Shown here one piece after another: positions 10,524-22,632 of a stretch of DNA of 64,000 nt. The translations under genes were made by a program, and so were the position numbers. Origin of the DNA: Anthoceros angustus (Eukaryota; Plantae; Anthocerotophyta); contig MU008160.1 in NCBI GenBank assembly GCA_010909165.1, forward strand, positions 1,426,001 to 1,490,000, given 5' to 3'. Under the pieces are notes generated by a model. The model made no database searches, was not told the origin of the DNA, and worked only from the letters and a program-made list of their open reading frames with translations. How positions within the stretch are numbered: the first letter of the stretch is position 1; each line of letters begins with the position of its first letter.

Positions 10524-12210
10524 CTAAGCTCAATGCCAAAGAGATATTATAGGGAGTCCTATTGATGTTTCACAAGTGAGGCCATAATAACGTTACTTGA
10601 AGCAATCGTGCCTATAAGGCTCTACTACAATATTTTAACAGACTCAGGCCACGGAGTATCACCGTTGCAGGAGTGGGGAGTGCGGGACTATTAAGAGGTT
10701 TGAAAAGGGACGCCAAATGATCACATGTCATTTAGTGTGTATGATCAGTACTAGTCTTTTGGTTGAATAGTGCCAAACGATCACGTGCAACATGAAGAAT
10801 CAGATTTAACGTGATCAAGATGAGTCCTATAATCAGCAACCTAAATATTTCATACATCCACAACTTCTTTATCCACGCAATTTACTGGTCCACAAAGATC
10901 TTTACAAAACATGGACATATTAGATACAGGGGTTACCACGAAGTCTTCCACAAGAGAATGAAAGGTAGTAAGCTTCCTGTATATGAGACCTAGGCCCTAG
11001 CTGTCAAATCAGTTTGTCGGGGACAACCACCAAATTAGGCCGCTTCTTTTTGCAAAAGTTTGGTGGTAGAGACTAGTCATATTAAGCTAACTTCTCCAAA
11101 GAATCAACAATCTTCATTGCAACATTTGAATCAGAGGTAGACTTGCAAGTCTTGATGTGCTTATAAGTGACTTGGCATGATTTGATGAACTCAAGCTTGC
11201 AGTAGAGGAATGTAATCGTGCAAGGCACTTGGTAACATGTGCAAACTTTTGAGCATTTGCCCTCGGACAAGCCTTTGGCTCTCCCACATGAATAAAGATG
11301 TTACCATTTTCAACTTGCCCTAAGATATTCTCTCTCATTTTCAGCTTGCCCCAAGATATCCTCGCCCACACTTTCCAGGATATTACCAATTTTCGATTTC
11401 TCCAAGAGCCACATGTAGAGAGGATTGCGTAAATTGCACCGTTTCTTAGGCAATTTCATTTTTGCATAAGCTGCTCTCAATGTCGCCAAAAGGTATGATT
11501 AGGCTAGGAGATAGTTTTTTTTACGCATTAGGCCTTGTATTTAAGGGACGAACAATATGAGGACCTATAAAGACTCCTAGTTTAAATGAATTCGCATCAT
11601 TTAGTTTGACGAACTAAGTGCCAACAATGTAACAAACTTTATAGTTGGTACGAATGGATGTAGTTGTTAATAAACTTTCTACATAATTCAATTTATCTGT
11701 TAATTATTTTTATCATATTTTTTACTTATATAATTAAAATAACTCAAAAATTGGCTTCATGTTTAAAGTACAATTTCAACTAGGCTTGGGATATCACAAC
11801 TCTAGTACTCCGTTCATGTTCGAAGGACAATTTCAACCAAGCTTGGGACATTGAAAACCGGATCCTACGATACTGTTTGCTTGATCACGCCTTGTAGCAA
11901 AATACTCTCCTGCGGACCACAAAGTCGCGGATTCATGACGAGGCTCTTTAACTCTGTTGCCAGAAAAACACTGATGATAGATGCGCTTTCTGTGCTAGCT
12001 AGTCTCACCTCGTAAACTTTCACTGACATACTCACAAGGAAATTGCCAGAGCTGGTGAAAGCTGAAATGATCTTTCAAAGAGAGCTGCTACCTGAGTAGT
12101 TAGCTTCATTATCAAAAGGTTTTGAGCTTTACAATTAGCCATAAGTTTGGGTTGAGCTTTAGCTCCACCACTTGTTCTGATAGTCATTCCGCTTCTCTGC
12201 TGTCATGCCG

Positions 12211-12807
12211 TGTGATACTAATCTCTGCACTTGGGTTTAGTGTTTGATTAGCATTAATTAATCTAATTACTTATCTTTAAGTAAGTAATTAGTGTTAATT
12301 AATCTAAGGTGCTTATGCTAATTAAGCATTCATTATGGTTAATTAATCTAATGTGCTTATGTTAATTAAGCATTGATTAGTGTTAATTAAACATGGTTAG
12401 CAATAGCTAAGTGGATAAGCTCAAGTAATATGCTTTGGCATATTCCTTGCATATTATAGTGTATTCTTAGGATATTTACGCATATGCGATGCCCGATAGG
12501 ATATCTTAGGAATATGCCGATGCAGTCTAGTATATATAGACCCTTCCATTGAGACAAGCTCGGATCATAGCTTGTCCACTGATATCTGATCTGAGCGTTG
12601 TGAGGAGGCCAAAGCTATGACTCAGGAGCGATGTGTGAGGAATTTGCGTGTTGTTATCGTGGGGAGAGTGTGTTTGTGCCACGACGTGCGAGCTACTCCC
12701 TCCTGTTACTATTGGTTTGCACCTATATATCTGCGTATTAGATTTATTTGCTTGGTTGTTGGTCGAGGAAGTGCTTATGTGAATTCAAGTGCTTACCTCG
12801 TGCGACA
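12211..12807. mobile_element. Possible solo LTR with TTAATTAA-rich repeats
   Basis: TG...CA ends, TATATATAG box at ~12530 and repeated (G)TTAATTAA units at 12255-12390. No matching TSD found. Confidence 0.35.
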
Positions 12808-14471
12808 GTGCTGAAGATTTCAATTCTTTGAAAAAAGGTTCTTCTACATTCTCAAATGCATCTAGCCAAGTCGCTCCTCACTGCAAATATTTCGACGACT
12901 GGCTTATGACAAGCTTTGATTTCTCTGACATCATCCGATAAATAGCCATTTCCAGGAGCCACTTGCGGAGCGCGCTTTTGTCTAGTCTGTTTCCTCCTCC
13001 GTACCTCTGAGGTGGTACGATTTCCTTCCAGTCATTCTTGGAAGTCTTCCATTCGTTGTTATTCATGGGTGGAAATTTACTACTGGTGAAACTGTCTCGT
13101 TGACAAGTCTTCTATCTGCTATTCATGGATGGAAATTTGTTGTTGGTGAGATTATCTCAAGTCTTTATTTACTGTTCATGGCATTCCAAATCAAACATAT
13201 TCAAATTTAGACTCCAAAGTTGTTCTGGGTTGTCCAAAAAGCTTGAGTAGGTGAATCTATTTGTGCTCAAATGTTTTTCAAATCGCCAAAAATCCCAAGT
13301 AGTAAAAAAAGGAATATATATATCTTTCCCATAAACAAAAAGAACAAGCCATCTTTCGCAAAATCCTTCATTTTCTCTTTCAAGATTGCAATCTATCCAT
13401 CGTAACTCGAACAATGACTGGCACCAGCCTCATGCAACGATGGGCTTTCCAATAGTGTACGTATTGCTTGCATCTCCTTCGCGCATAGCCGTACAAGCAT
13501 CTCGCAACAGGAGCCACGCTTCTGCGTATTTTGAAGAGTGTGGTCTCTGCCGAAGCAAATGCGGCAAAGCTCTGTGACATCGACATGCCTTTCTAACTAT
13601 TGCAGTCAGCCAATCATCCTCACCAAAATTCAGCATGAAAAACTCAATCTGGTTTGATTTGAGGCGTGATTAACGACAAATCCTTGAAAAAATTGGGTCG
13701 GTGAACGCAAACGTTTTGTACCAGTTCCAACTCTATCACTACACCGCCTCCCTGTCCAAGCCTTCGTATACCACAAAACAAGGACGCCATCTACCCACAC
13801 ATCGCCCTCCCATTCGCTTCTCCACCCCACCACGGCCGCATGTGCGCCTTCTCTCATCGGTCTTGGCGGAAAGACCATAAGGAGGGAAGCATATGGCGGC
13901 GATCGTCGTGGCAGAAACGCCGAGAGCCCCTAGCTTGCCTCAGACTGATTCCACGTTCAGATTGAGATTCTAAATGTTGTTGTGGTCCGATCTTTTATGC
14001 TTTGTAGATCAGGAGGTGCGGATCAGAAAGCGGAATCCGACTCTATGGCATGCTAGAATTATTAGGGTCCCATATTTTCGTGAGAGCTCGAAACCGACCT
14101 CAAATTCTTGATTTGAGTAGGTCGGTCATTCTTGGGTTAAACTCCTCAAAGAAAAGAAGACTTGGGAAAAAGGTACTCCAAAGTCCCATTCTAGGCCATG
14201 TTTGAATCACTACTCGTCCATTATGGCATGCGGAACGCCATGCATGTACACTATATTTTTAGTGAATAGAACGAATATTGTTGGAGTTTACCATCGACAC
14301 TCGGCTTTCCTTAGAAGGTGATGAGGCAATTCAATTACTGACACCACTCAATCATGAGAGACTGCTCTTTCAAGTGAAACAACAAATTCTAAGTTAAGAA
14401 CACAAGAAATTTAATAACAAGCAGAACTTGTCGCTAATGTCATGATGTGGAAAAGGAGAAGGTAAGTGAGA

Positions 14472-14566
14472 AGAGCATGTTGGCTAGAGACCACAAGGTC
14501 GGAGGTTCATGTCCGCCCTCTAGCATGCTGGCTAGGGACCTCAAGGTCGAAGCCCTCCCTCCGGCG
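14472..14566 (+). pseudogene. Two tandem degenerate tRNA-Asn-derived 3' fragments
   Basis: AGAGCATGTTGGCTAGAGACCACAAGGTCGGAGGTTCATGTCCGCCCTCTAGC aligns with plant tRNA-Asn(GTT) as recalled (AGAGCGTGTGGCTGTTAACCACAAGGTCGGAGGTTC..CCCTCCTTCTAGCG), but the anticodon loop is altered. The second copy (14522-14566) has an internal deletion. Confidence 0.6.
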
Positions 14567-15338
14567 TTATTCCACTCTACACTTGCTGGCTCCTTGTGCA
14601 ATACAAACCGTCTACATACTACCAAACAAAAAAAAAAAATCCTTGACGTGGCACCGTGGAGCTGAAGAGAACCACCTCGCTTTTATTATGTATTATTATT
14701 GTGTCTTGCTGACATGAAAACGCTAACCACTGTCCCTCTCGGAGCCCGCCGCCTGGTGATGCAGTTGTGCCGATAATACTGAGCCAATGCAGAGGCTATA
14801 TCTCCTTCACCCAAACCGTAGAGTACGTTCCCACTTGAGGAAGCTATAGGCTGGGCGGGGACTCCCTTTCAAACTGGAGAATTTGCGTTTCCCGCGCGCG
14901 GCCGCGGACTCGGGCTCTCCTGTCTTGCCTCTTGATTGCATCCGTGGAGCCAAGCTTGATTATTCAATGACGAGCAGGCTGCTGCCAACCGCATCCTTGT
15001 CGCCCCCGCGCGCAATCGACATCGCAAGCAATGTGTGCCACGTTCTTGCTGAACCAGCAGCGCCCAGTCTGCGCTTGTCCAACTTTCTGGAGCGTCATCT
15101 GGCCGGGCGTCGCGGTTCTATGACCAATCTTGCTGCCCAGCCAGCGCGCTGCTGATCCCCTGCCGAGGCGAGGTTCTTGCGCAAATCTTGATTCTGTTCC
15201 CGGCTTTGTCCACCTCAGTGTGGGCGAGGGTGACGAGTTCTTGAAATCGAGCGAATTCTGTGCGGGAGGAGTGCGCGGGAGGGGTAGTATGGCGGCATTG
15301 CAGCTGCTCCTGGCGGGCTAAAGAAGAGCAGGAGAGCC

Positions 15339-18300
15339 ATGGGCAGGAGAGCGAGAGGGAGGGCCAGAGCAGGGGGCCGAGGGCGCGGGAGGAGGGATGG
15401 GGAGGACGGGATTCCGCCCGCAGCAGTCCGGCAGGAGCGGGAGAAGCAGGAGCAGCAGGAGCGGGGGAGAGAGCAGGTGGACCCTCGGATCGACCCGTTG
15501 GAGAAAATGGGTCGGGAGCTCAAGTGTCCTATATGGTATGTGTGTGGAGGCTTTCGAGGATTTTGTGGGCGCATTTCTTGGGAATGTGGGTGCGGATGAA
15601 TGTTGATGCGTTTTTGTGGGTTTGTGCAGCTGGTGCCTCTTCACGGAGACCATGACCCTCTCCTCCTGCAGCCATAATTTTTGCAAGTGAGAATTATCTT
15701 CTCCAGAGTGGTTGTGTTGACTGTGGGGATGAAATGGGAGGATGACTGATGTGCTGGCTGTCTGCCAGGAGCTGTATTACAGAGTCCATGAAGAGGATGT
15801 CTTCATGTCCGGTCTGCAAGCAGCCCACTACCCGGAGAGGTATGGATGGCTTGAGGTTTCGTGCTTTCGGTACTTGGCGGGGGGTTGTGGGATGACGTAA
15901 CTCAGCAGTGGGTTCTTGTGGGTGTTTGTGCAGAGGTACGAGCAGCACCGCATCTGGATAATTTGGTTGCGGCTTACAAGGGGATTGAGAGGTCTTGCGG
16001 CTTTAGCCTGTTTAGCTCGCAGCCATATGCAGCAGAAGCAGGTATGGATGTTGGGATAGGTGGTCCAGTTTGTGAGGTGTCCCGGTCTGACCTTGTAGGG
16101 GGTTGGGATTGACTTTTCGTCGATCTGCTGCATGTGGTTGGAATGAGCAGAGAGCTTGGTTCCTGCTGAGCTTGAGGGCAGAAAGGACTCTAAGGAGTTA
16201 GAAGGTCCGAGAGCGAAAGAGTCGGGAGTAGAGGCTCGCAAGAAGCATGAATCCAATCTTGCGTTTGCAGACATTACCAACAAGGACGGGCAGGAGAGTC
16301 ATGATGCTGGGAAGGATCAGGATGGGGGAAATACATCAGACGATGCTGGAGCCAAGGCTAATGAGGCAGAGGCAATTGCAGACGAGCCCTTCCAGGCTTT
16401 TGTTCCTGCCAAAAAGCGGCTGAGGGTGCATGTTCCACATTTTGCCAGGAATGAGGTGACGGGTAGTGATAACATGCTCGCAACGGGGGTGATTAGCAGA
16501 GAGCCGAGGAGCGGTCCTATGAGGGGAAAGAGATCAAGAGGTGGTAAGCTGTTTCAGCTGGGCCAGCCGAGCATGGCCCAGTTTCTGCTAGGGAGTACAA
16601 GTGAAACAGCAATGGGCACCACAAATGAAAGAGACCCTTCTGGCAGGGACCTCTCGATAGCTCTGCTTTTGGAGAGATCAAAGGAGGCTGAGGTGGAAGA
16701 AGCAAGGAAGAAGGAACATATCCATGTATCTCCTCCACCTGCTAGGGCGGAGAACAGACTCCGGGGGGGATTTTTGGCTCCCAGGCCAATCAGTAAGAGC
16801 GGTCAAGGCTTGTCTCAGGAACAGGCGGTGACTCGGGTACTGCCCTCCCCGTCTCTACGAATCCAGGTTGAGATTCCTCCCCCGCACGTGGAAGAGGTGC
16901 CGCCTCAAGCGAAGTCTCCCACCACTGCTGGTGATGCCCCTTTGTTGGTGGATATGCACACGCCATCGCCCGTCGCCTCGTTGAAAGACCCAAGATCGGT
17001 TAGCTCATCGCTAACTCCTTTCCGGTGTAAGAGATGGGCTTCTGGGGCAGAGGTTGGGGTTGGTACTTGGACCCTTCAGGGTTGTTCCAGTTCAGTAGTC
17101 AACAAGCTTCCTAATGGACAGATTGTGATGGCTTCCAACTCCATTGTACAAGCACATGCCAGTGGCAGGGGTCCACTTCCTCCTCTCTTCTGGCTAGGGG
17201 ACGTAATTGGAACACCAGACATGACACAACCTACTCCACCTCTTCCATCTCAACTTGCTCTTGCTCGACCCTCGTTCGACGACCTCAAAGTAGAAGAGGA
17301 TGAAAGCTCACGCAGAAAGGAAGGAGAGGTAAGATTTTCTTTTGCCCAGGGCAACGATAAAGCATGGGCCCCGTTTCTGGATACTAAGCTGTTCCTTGTG
17401 GTACTTGAGTGTAGAATGAGGTGACGAAAGGTGAAGCTGCTGCAGAAATTGACAGCTTTGATAGTGAGGTTTTTGCATGGACACAGCATCCGTGCTCTCC
17501 AGAACTGGATGCCAACCTTCAGAAGGCGCAAGTGAGTAGCACCTTCGCATCCAACATGTATTTCTAAGATCTCTGGAAAGCCATGCTGGAAGGATGTTGA
17601 CGTCATCTTGTTTTGTATGGCACGCAGGCTTCTCTTGCTGAAGTACCTTCACCACCCCGTGCACGCGGATGTAAACTGACATTTCTAAGTCATGAAGAGG
17701 CCCGACCTTCAGAGCCCACGGAACAAGGCAACTGTACCATGGATGCACCGGAGTCTGTCAAATCTCCGGAGCCAGCTGATCAAGGGCAGGAAGGGGAGGC
17801 TATCTTGCAAAAACCGGAAAATGAGGAAATACAAGAGCACGGGCAGGAGCAACAGCAAGAACCGGACGAGGGACAGCATGGTCTGCAAATGGAGGACAGG
17901 TTGGCGGCGTATGAAAGTGTGCCTGCTCAGAATCAGATGCCTCTGCAGGAAGAGGAGCAACAGGGCATGGACTGTGGTCAGGAACTTGATGAGGGGCAAG
18001 ATCAGGCTATGTTGGCAGCACCTGCTGTGTCTGCGCAGAATCGGATGAAGACAGCTTGTAAAGATATCCAACTGCCCCCTGAAGCTCAAGCTGAAACTTC
18101 TCTGCCTGATGATCAAGTAGGCCGAGAAGCTGAAGCTGAAGCAGGCCCACGGCTGAAGTATCAAAGGCAGCAGAAGAAAGTGCAGTGGGACACACTCCAC
18201 CACGAGAAACTCACTGTCGAACAGCAGCATGAGCCAGTCCCTGGGTCTTCTGATGCAGCCGTGAGTAAGCCATCAAGGAAGCGACTGAACAGGCCCAGTG

Positions 18301-20656
18301 AACAGGCAGGTGGTGGGACAGTCTTAGACTCACTGAAACCCCCAAAACGGGCCAGGAAATCGGACGACAACCCAGTTCGTAAGGACAAAGTATTAGCAGT
18401 TGGGCTTAACAATGAAGTCGCCAACCTGACAGCTCCAAAGCCTGTTGCTCTGAAAAGATCCAAGATAAGGCGTAAGGTAGATGGTGCTTCCGCTCAGTAT
18501 CCAGTGAATGCCAAGGATGATATGGCAAGGCCTTCAGATGCGAGACAGGAAAATGAAGGAGGAGTAATTGAGCACGGTGAAGCAGCTCTTCAAGAAGCTG
18601 CACTGTTGGAGAAATCCATGGGCGATGTCATAAATGACACCAATTTCCTGGATGAGGAGATCGGGAGCAAGGGTGGAGCTGAGTTCAATGTCCAGTGCAG
18701 GGAATCTAGGGGACCTGTGGAAAGTGAATGTGACGAGAAAGTGTGCTCGTTTTGTCGACAACCTGGTGACAGTCAGGTGAGTGGAAAATTGAGTGCAAAC
18801 TGGATTAATGGTCAGAGTCCACATCTTAATGTGGGATCTCTGCTCTTGCGAAGTCGCTTACTTCCTGTCCTTGGTGGCAGATAGCCGGTGAGCTGCTTGA
18901 ACATGTCGATGCAGATTTGGCTCCACGGTCGTCTTCAAAGAGCAATTCCAGAATCTTCGTGCACAAGAAGTGCGCCGATTGGTCAGTTCCTCGGGCTCTG
19001 GTTTTAAATTTCAAAACGATCAAGAGCTAGAGATTTTCTGACTGTTGCTCGACCAAAACATTCCAGGGCTCCTGCGGTGTACTTTGAGAACGATCATCTG
19101 AGAAATCTGGAAGCAGAGCTTGCTCGCGCCCTCAAGATTAAATGCAGCATATGTGGACTTAGAGGAGCAGCTCTGGGATGCTACAATGGACACTGCCGGA
19201 AAAGTTTCCATTTTCCATGCGCCAGGGCTATTGCTGGTTGCAAATGGGAAGATGTAGGTTTGCTGTACATGTCCTGTCATGTCTTGATTGACGTCCTGTT
19301 TTTGCCTTCCGTTCATCATGCTCAGAGAAATGGTCTTTCTCCATTCCAGGACATTTTTGTGGTACGATGCGCAGCCCATGCAGCATGGAAGCTTGGGGAA
19401 GAACGGAAGAACAAACCCGTGAGAAGGAAATCGAAATCCTCCACTTTCCAGTCTCCTGCAAAGAGAGACCCAAAGGATGAAGGAGCAGTCCCAGGGGATG
19501 TACCCGCATCAGTACCTTCCAAACGGTGGGCAATTCAACCTCAATGCTCCTGTTGGTATCTTGCATGTCAACTTGGGACTTGCTTAGCTTTTCAGGACTG
19601 CATAACCAAAGCGAGAGCTCGCTTCTCAGAATTGTGAAAGGCAAGGGGAACGCAGTCGAAGCTACTGAACAGCACTCGACAACCCTCCCCTTTCAGAAAT
19701 GGCCAGCAGGCCCTGCAACAAAGTGGGTTCTTACTGGATCGGGCCTGGACTCGTCAGAGAAGGTGAGCGGGGAGATCACTTGCTGCTGCATCCACTTAAG
19801 CCATATTTCAAATGCCTGTGAGCTCATCGCACCTTCTTCGCTGCCTGTCACCAGGATCAGCTGGCTGCATTCATCGCTGTTACAGGTGCCACCTTGGCGA
19901 AAGCCTGGAACCCCACTGTAACACACGTGATCGCTGGCGTCGATGAAAGTGGTTCTGCGAGAAGAACTCTTAAGTTTCTGATGGCAACGTTGGAGGGCAA
20001 GTGGATTCTCAAGCCTTCATGTAAGCAAGCAACCGACCATGTGCAGACCTATCTCCGTGCCAAGCAGCTGCCCGTCTAATCTTTCAAGGCCTTAATGTTC
20101 CTGGCACCAGGGATGGCTGCCTGCACCACTGCAGGAGCAGCAGTCGGGGAGGAGGCATTTGAGGTAACCAGCGACACCCACGGCATGGTTGATGGACCAA
20201 GACGAGGCAGAGAACTGTCTGCCATCAGGGTATGTATGCCCATCTCCTCCTCCCGCCCGTCGCCACCCCAACATCTGGTATCCTATGCTTTCTGACCTGG
20301 TCCTACCACAGGCACCCAAAATCCTCCACGGCTTCGCTCTCTACTTCTGCTTGGGCTTCGAGACTGCGTACAAAGCAGACCTGCAGGCCCTGATCCTGGC
20401 GGCTGGAGGAAGGGTCCTCCACCGAAAGCCAGCTCCTTCAGCACAGTCTCTGAGAGACGGCTCCCCAAGAAGACTGCGCACCTTGGTACTCTACAACACA
20501 GACGTATCTGCAGCTGGGAGCCTGGAAGAGAGGCAAAGGATCATGCGAGATCGGCAGCAGGGAGCCAAGGCTGTGGCTTCCAAAGCAGGTGCCACAGCTC
20601 TGCCCCACACCTGGCTCTTGGATTCCGTTGCAGGATGCCGGCTGCAGCCCGTTTAG
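15339..20656 (+). CDS. BRCA1: BRCA1 homolog (RING - ePHD - tandem BRCT), 13 exons
   Basis: Predicted GT-AG exons: 15339-15535, 15630-15686, 15769-15839, 15934-16041, 16151-17328, 17415-17531, 17628-18776, 18881-18981, 19067-19253, 19350-~19524, 19588-19762, 19855-20020, 20111-20229, 20312-20656; one junction may merge or shift, so 13-14 exons. RING: LEKMGRELKCPICWCLF..CSHNFCKSC..CPVCK. Plant BRCA1 motif DSFDSEVFAWTQHPCSPEL. ePHD: CSFC..VHKKCADWAP..CSICG..CYNGHCRKSFHFPC. BRCTs: THVIAG..RTLKFLMA..GKWIL and HTWLLDSVAG. Confidence 0.93.
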
Positions 20657-21394
20657 GCATGTGCCCAACGTAGTACCGAATGCAGTTGCATCACTTGCAA
20701 CCAGTCCGAGGCAATAGAAAAACAGCTTCAGGCCTCAGGCCCTGGCCAGGGCCGTCAGAGCAGCTCCAGCCTACAGATTTACCTCTGAATGGCACAATTT
20801 TGCAACGCCTTTGAGGCTCCCTAAGTTATGGGTTGCCATCATAGTATGCGTAAGCCATGCCGCCAAAATATGACCTAATGCGGTCAAATCGGCCAGCCTC
20901 ATATTTATCGTAGTTTCATTATTCTAATGTATGTATGCATAGCATCATAATTAATATGATGTATATTAATATTATGCAGATATCGTATGAGTCACACTAA
21001 ATAGAATAGAAGAAGTTGCAAGGGCTTGGAAGCAATAAAATATCAGCGTTTGCAAGGTGCTCGAATGCGCAAGGGTACATAAGAGGGGAGGAGGATCATT
21101 AAAAAAATATTTTAATTATATTAAAAAAATATTAAGATAACATGTAAAATATATGATATATAGAAGAAGGAGAAGAAATTTTTTTTTGAAGTCCACTAAG
21201 GACGGATTTCTGTCATGGGACTGAAATATGGCAAGTACATAGATTGCGGTAAAATTGTCTAGACGAATGCAAAGGTAAAATTCAAACAAGACAAATAACA
21301 ACAGTGTCATTGAAAATGCGTGAACAAGGGCTAAACACCACCAATTCATCCCCACGAAAGAAAGCCACATGACATGTAGCACGAGCAGCTATGA

Positions 21395-21610
21395 AAGCGG
21401 GTAACTTCTCCTTCTTAGTCTTCCATTTCAGTGCTTCTCCTTCTTAGTCTTCCATTTCAGTGGTGTAAGATCCTCTTTGATATATAATTGAGTTGTCCGT
21501 AACTTAGACCTAGCCTTCATAACCTGGAGGCGATCATCCATAGAGTAAAAAGTCATAATCAATATGCGCTCTCTACTAGGATCCTTTCCAAGCCAGAAGG
21601 CTCAAGGAAT
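21395..21610 (-). mobile_element. LINE ORF1 fragment with a 29-bp tandem duplication
   Basis: RERILIMTFYSMDDRLQVMKARSKLRTTQLYIKEDLT fits the LINE ORF1 motif RP..V.F....D...V.KA..KL.....I.EDLT. CTTCTCCTTCTTAGTCTTCCATTTCAGTG occurs twice at ~21405-21462. Confidence 0.55.
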
Positions 21611-21776
21611 GACGACATGATATAGCTAATGGGTAATGTATATCTAGTGAAAGAGTCTTTTTGAGGGAGAACTTTGATATGTCCCTGAATAATTCCGCAT
21701 TACAATAAAAGAAAAAAAGTCATAATAGATAAAAACCGATATCTACTGTTTGCTACTTAGTTCATGGGACAAAAAT

Positions 21777-22026
21777 TGTAACCGATGACGAGGACGGGTT
21801 AGGATCAGGCACGCATGAGTTGTAACCGATGACGAGGACGGGTTAGGATCAGGCACTTAAGAAGGCGCGCATGCCGAAGGATCGAACAAGGTGTGAGTAG
21901 GCAGGCATGCCGTAGGGATGTGGGAGAGGTGTAAGTGAAACTGTGGTTACTAAACCTACCAAGTGTAAGGGTATAAAACGATAAGAAATGAAGGGCAAGG
22001 GGCCCTCGTGTTGGGACTTGCTTGCA
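21777..22026 (+). repeat. Chromovirus 5' LTR (250 bp)
   Basis: TGTA...TTGCA followed by the PBS. Contains an internal 43-bp tandem unit. Confidence 0.92.
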
Positions 22027-22632
22027 TTTTGGTATTAGAGCCACGCGTTCACCAGTTGGTTGAACAAACTGAGCTTACATCGGGAACAAACTTGGCTGTG
22101 GCTGTGAGAATTTCAGCCTGACGAACAAAAGCCAAGTTGATTCCTGGTGTCAGCCCAGGTGTTGCGGGCATTTGAGTTGTTGGAAGGATTGTATGGCAAG
22201 ACGGTACATCCCGTCTGATGAAACGGTGGACAGACATTGGGCTAAGTGGCGTCGCTTGGCTACCTGGAATGGGTTTCCTCGCCACCGAGAGCTGCGTAGT
22301 GCAATTAAACTAGCAAGGAAGTATATTTGGGATAATCTTTGGGCTGAGGAACTTTGTGTTCTACTGGAGGAGCGATATCAACAACTTTGTGGGGTCAGTG
22401 GTCGAACACAGGAATGCTCTTTACTTGTTACAAGATTTCATAGCTTGTCAAGATTTGGATCAGCATGAGTATTCAACGCTACGAGGTGATGGGTAGCGAG
22501 GACGAGAAATGGAAACAAGTGAAAACAGCGCCTTGATTCTGAGATGAAGTATATGCGGGGATAATGCGGATGATGCAGTTGACTGAGGAGCAAAGAATGC
22601 GGATGGAGGAAATTCGTGCTTAGGTAAGTTCT

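Noticed and set aside
11082-13878. Short ORFs in the PPR-BRCA1 intergenic region
   Set aside because: They are under 100 aa, have no conserved motifs and no consistent splice pattern.
15339-20656. BARD1 instead of BRCA1
   Set aside because: The LEKMGRELKCPIC start and the FDSE.F.WTQ.PCSPE motif match plant BRCA1 as recalled.
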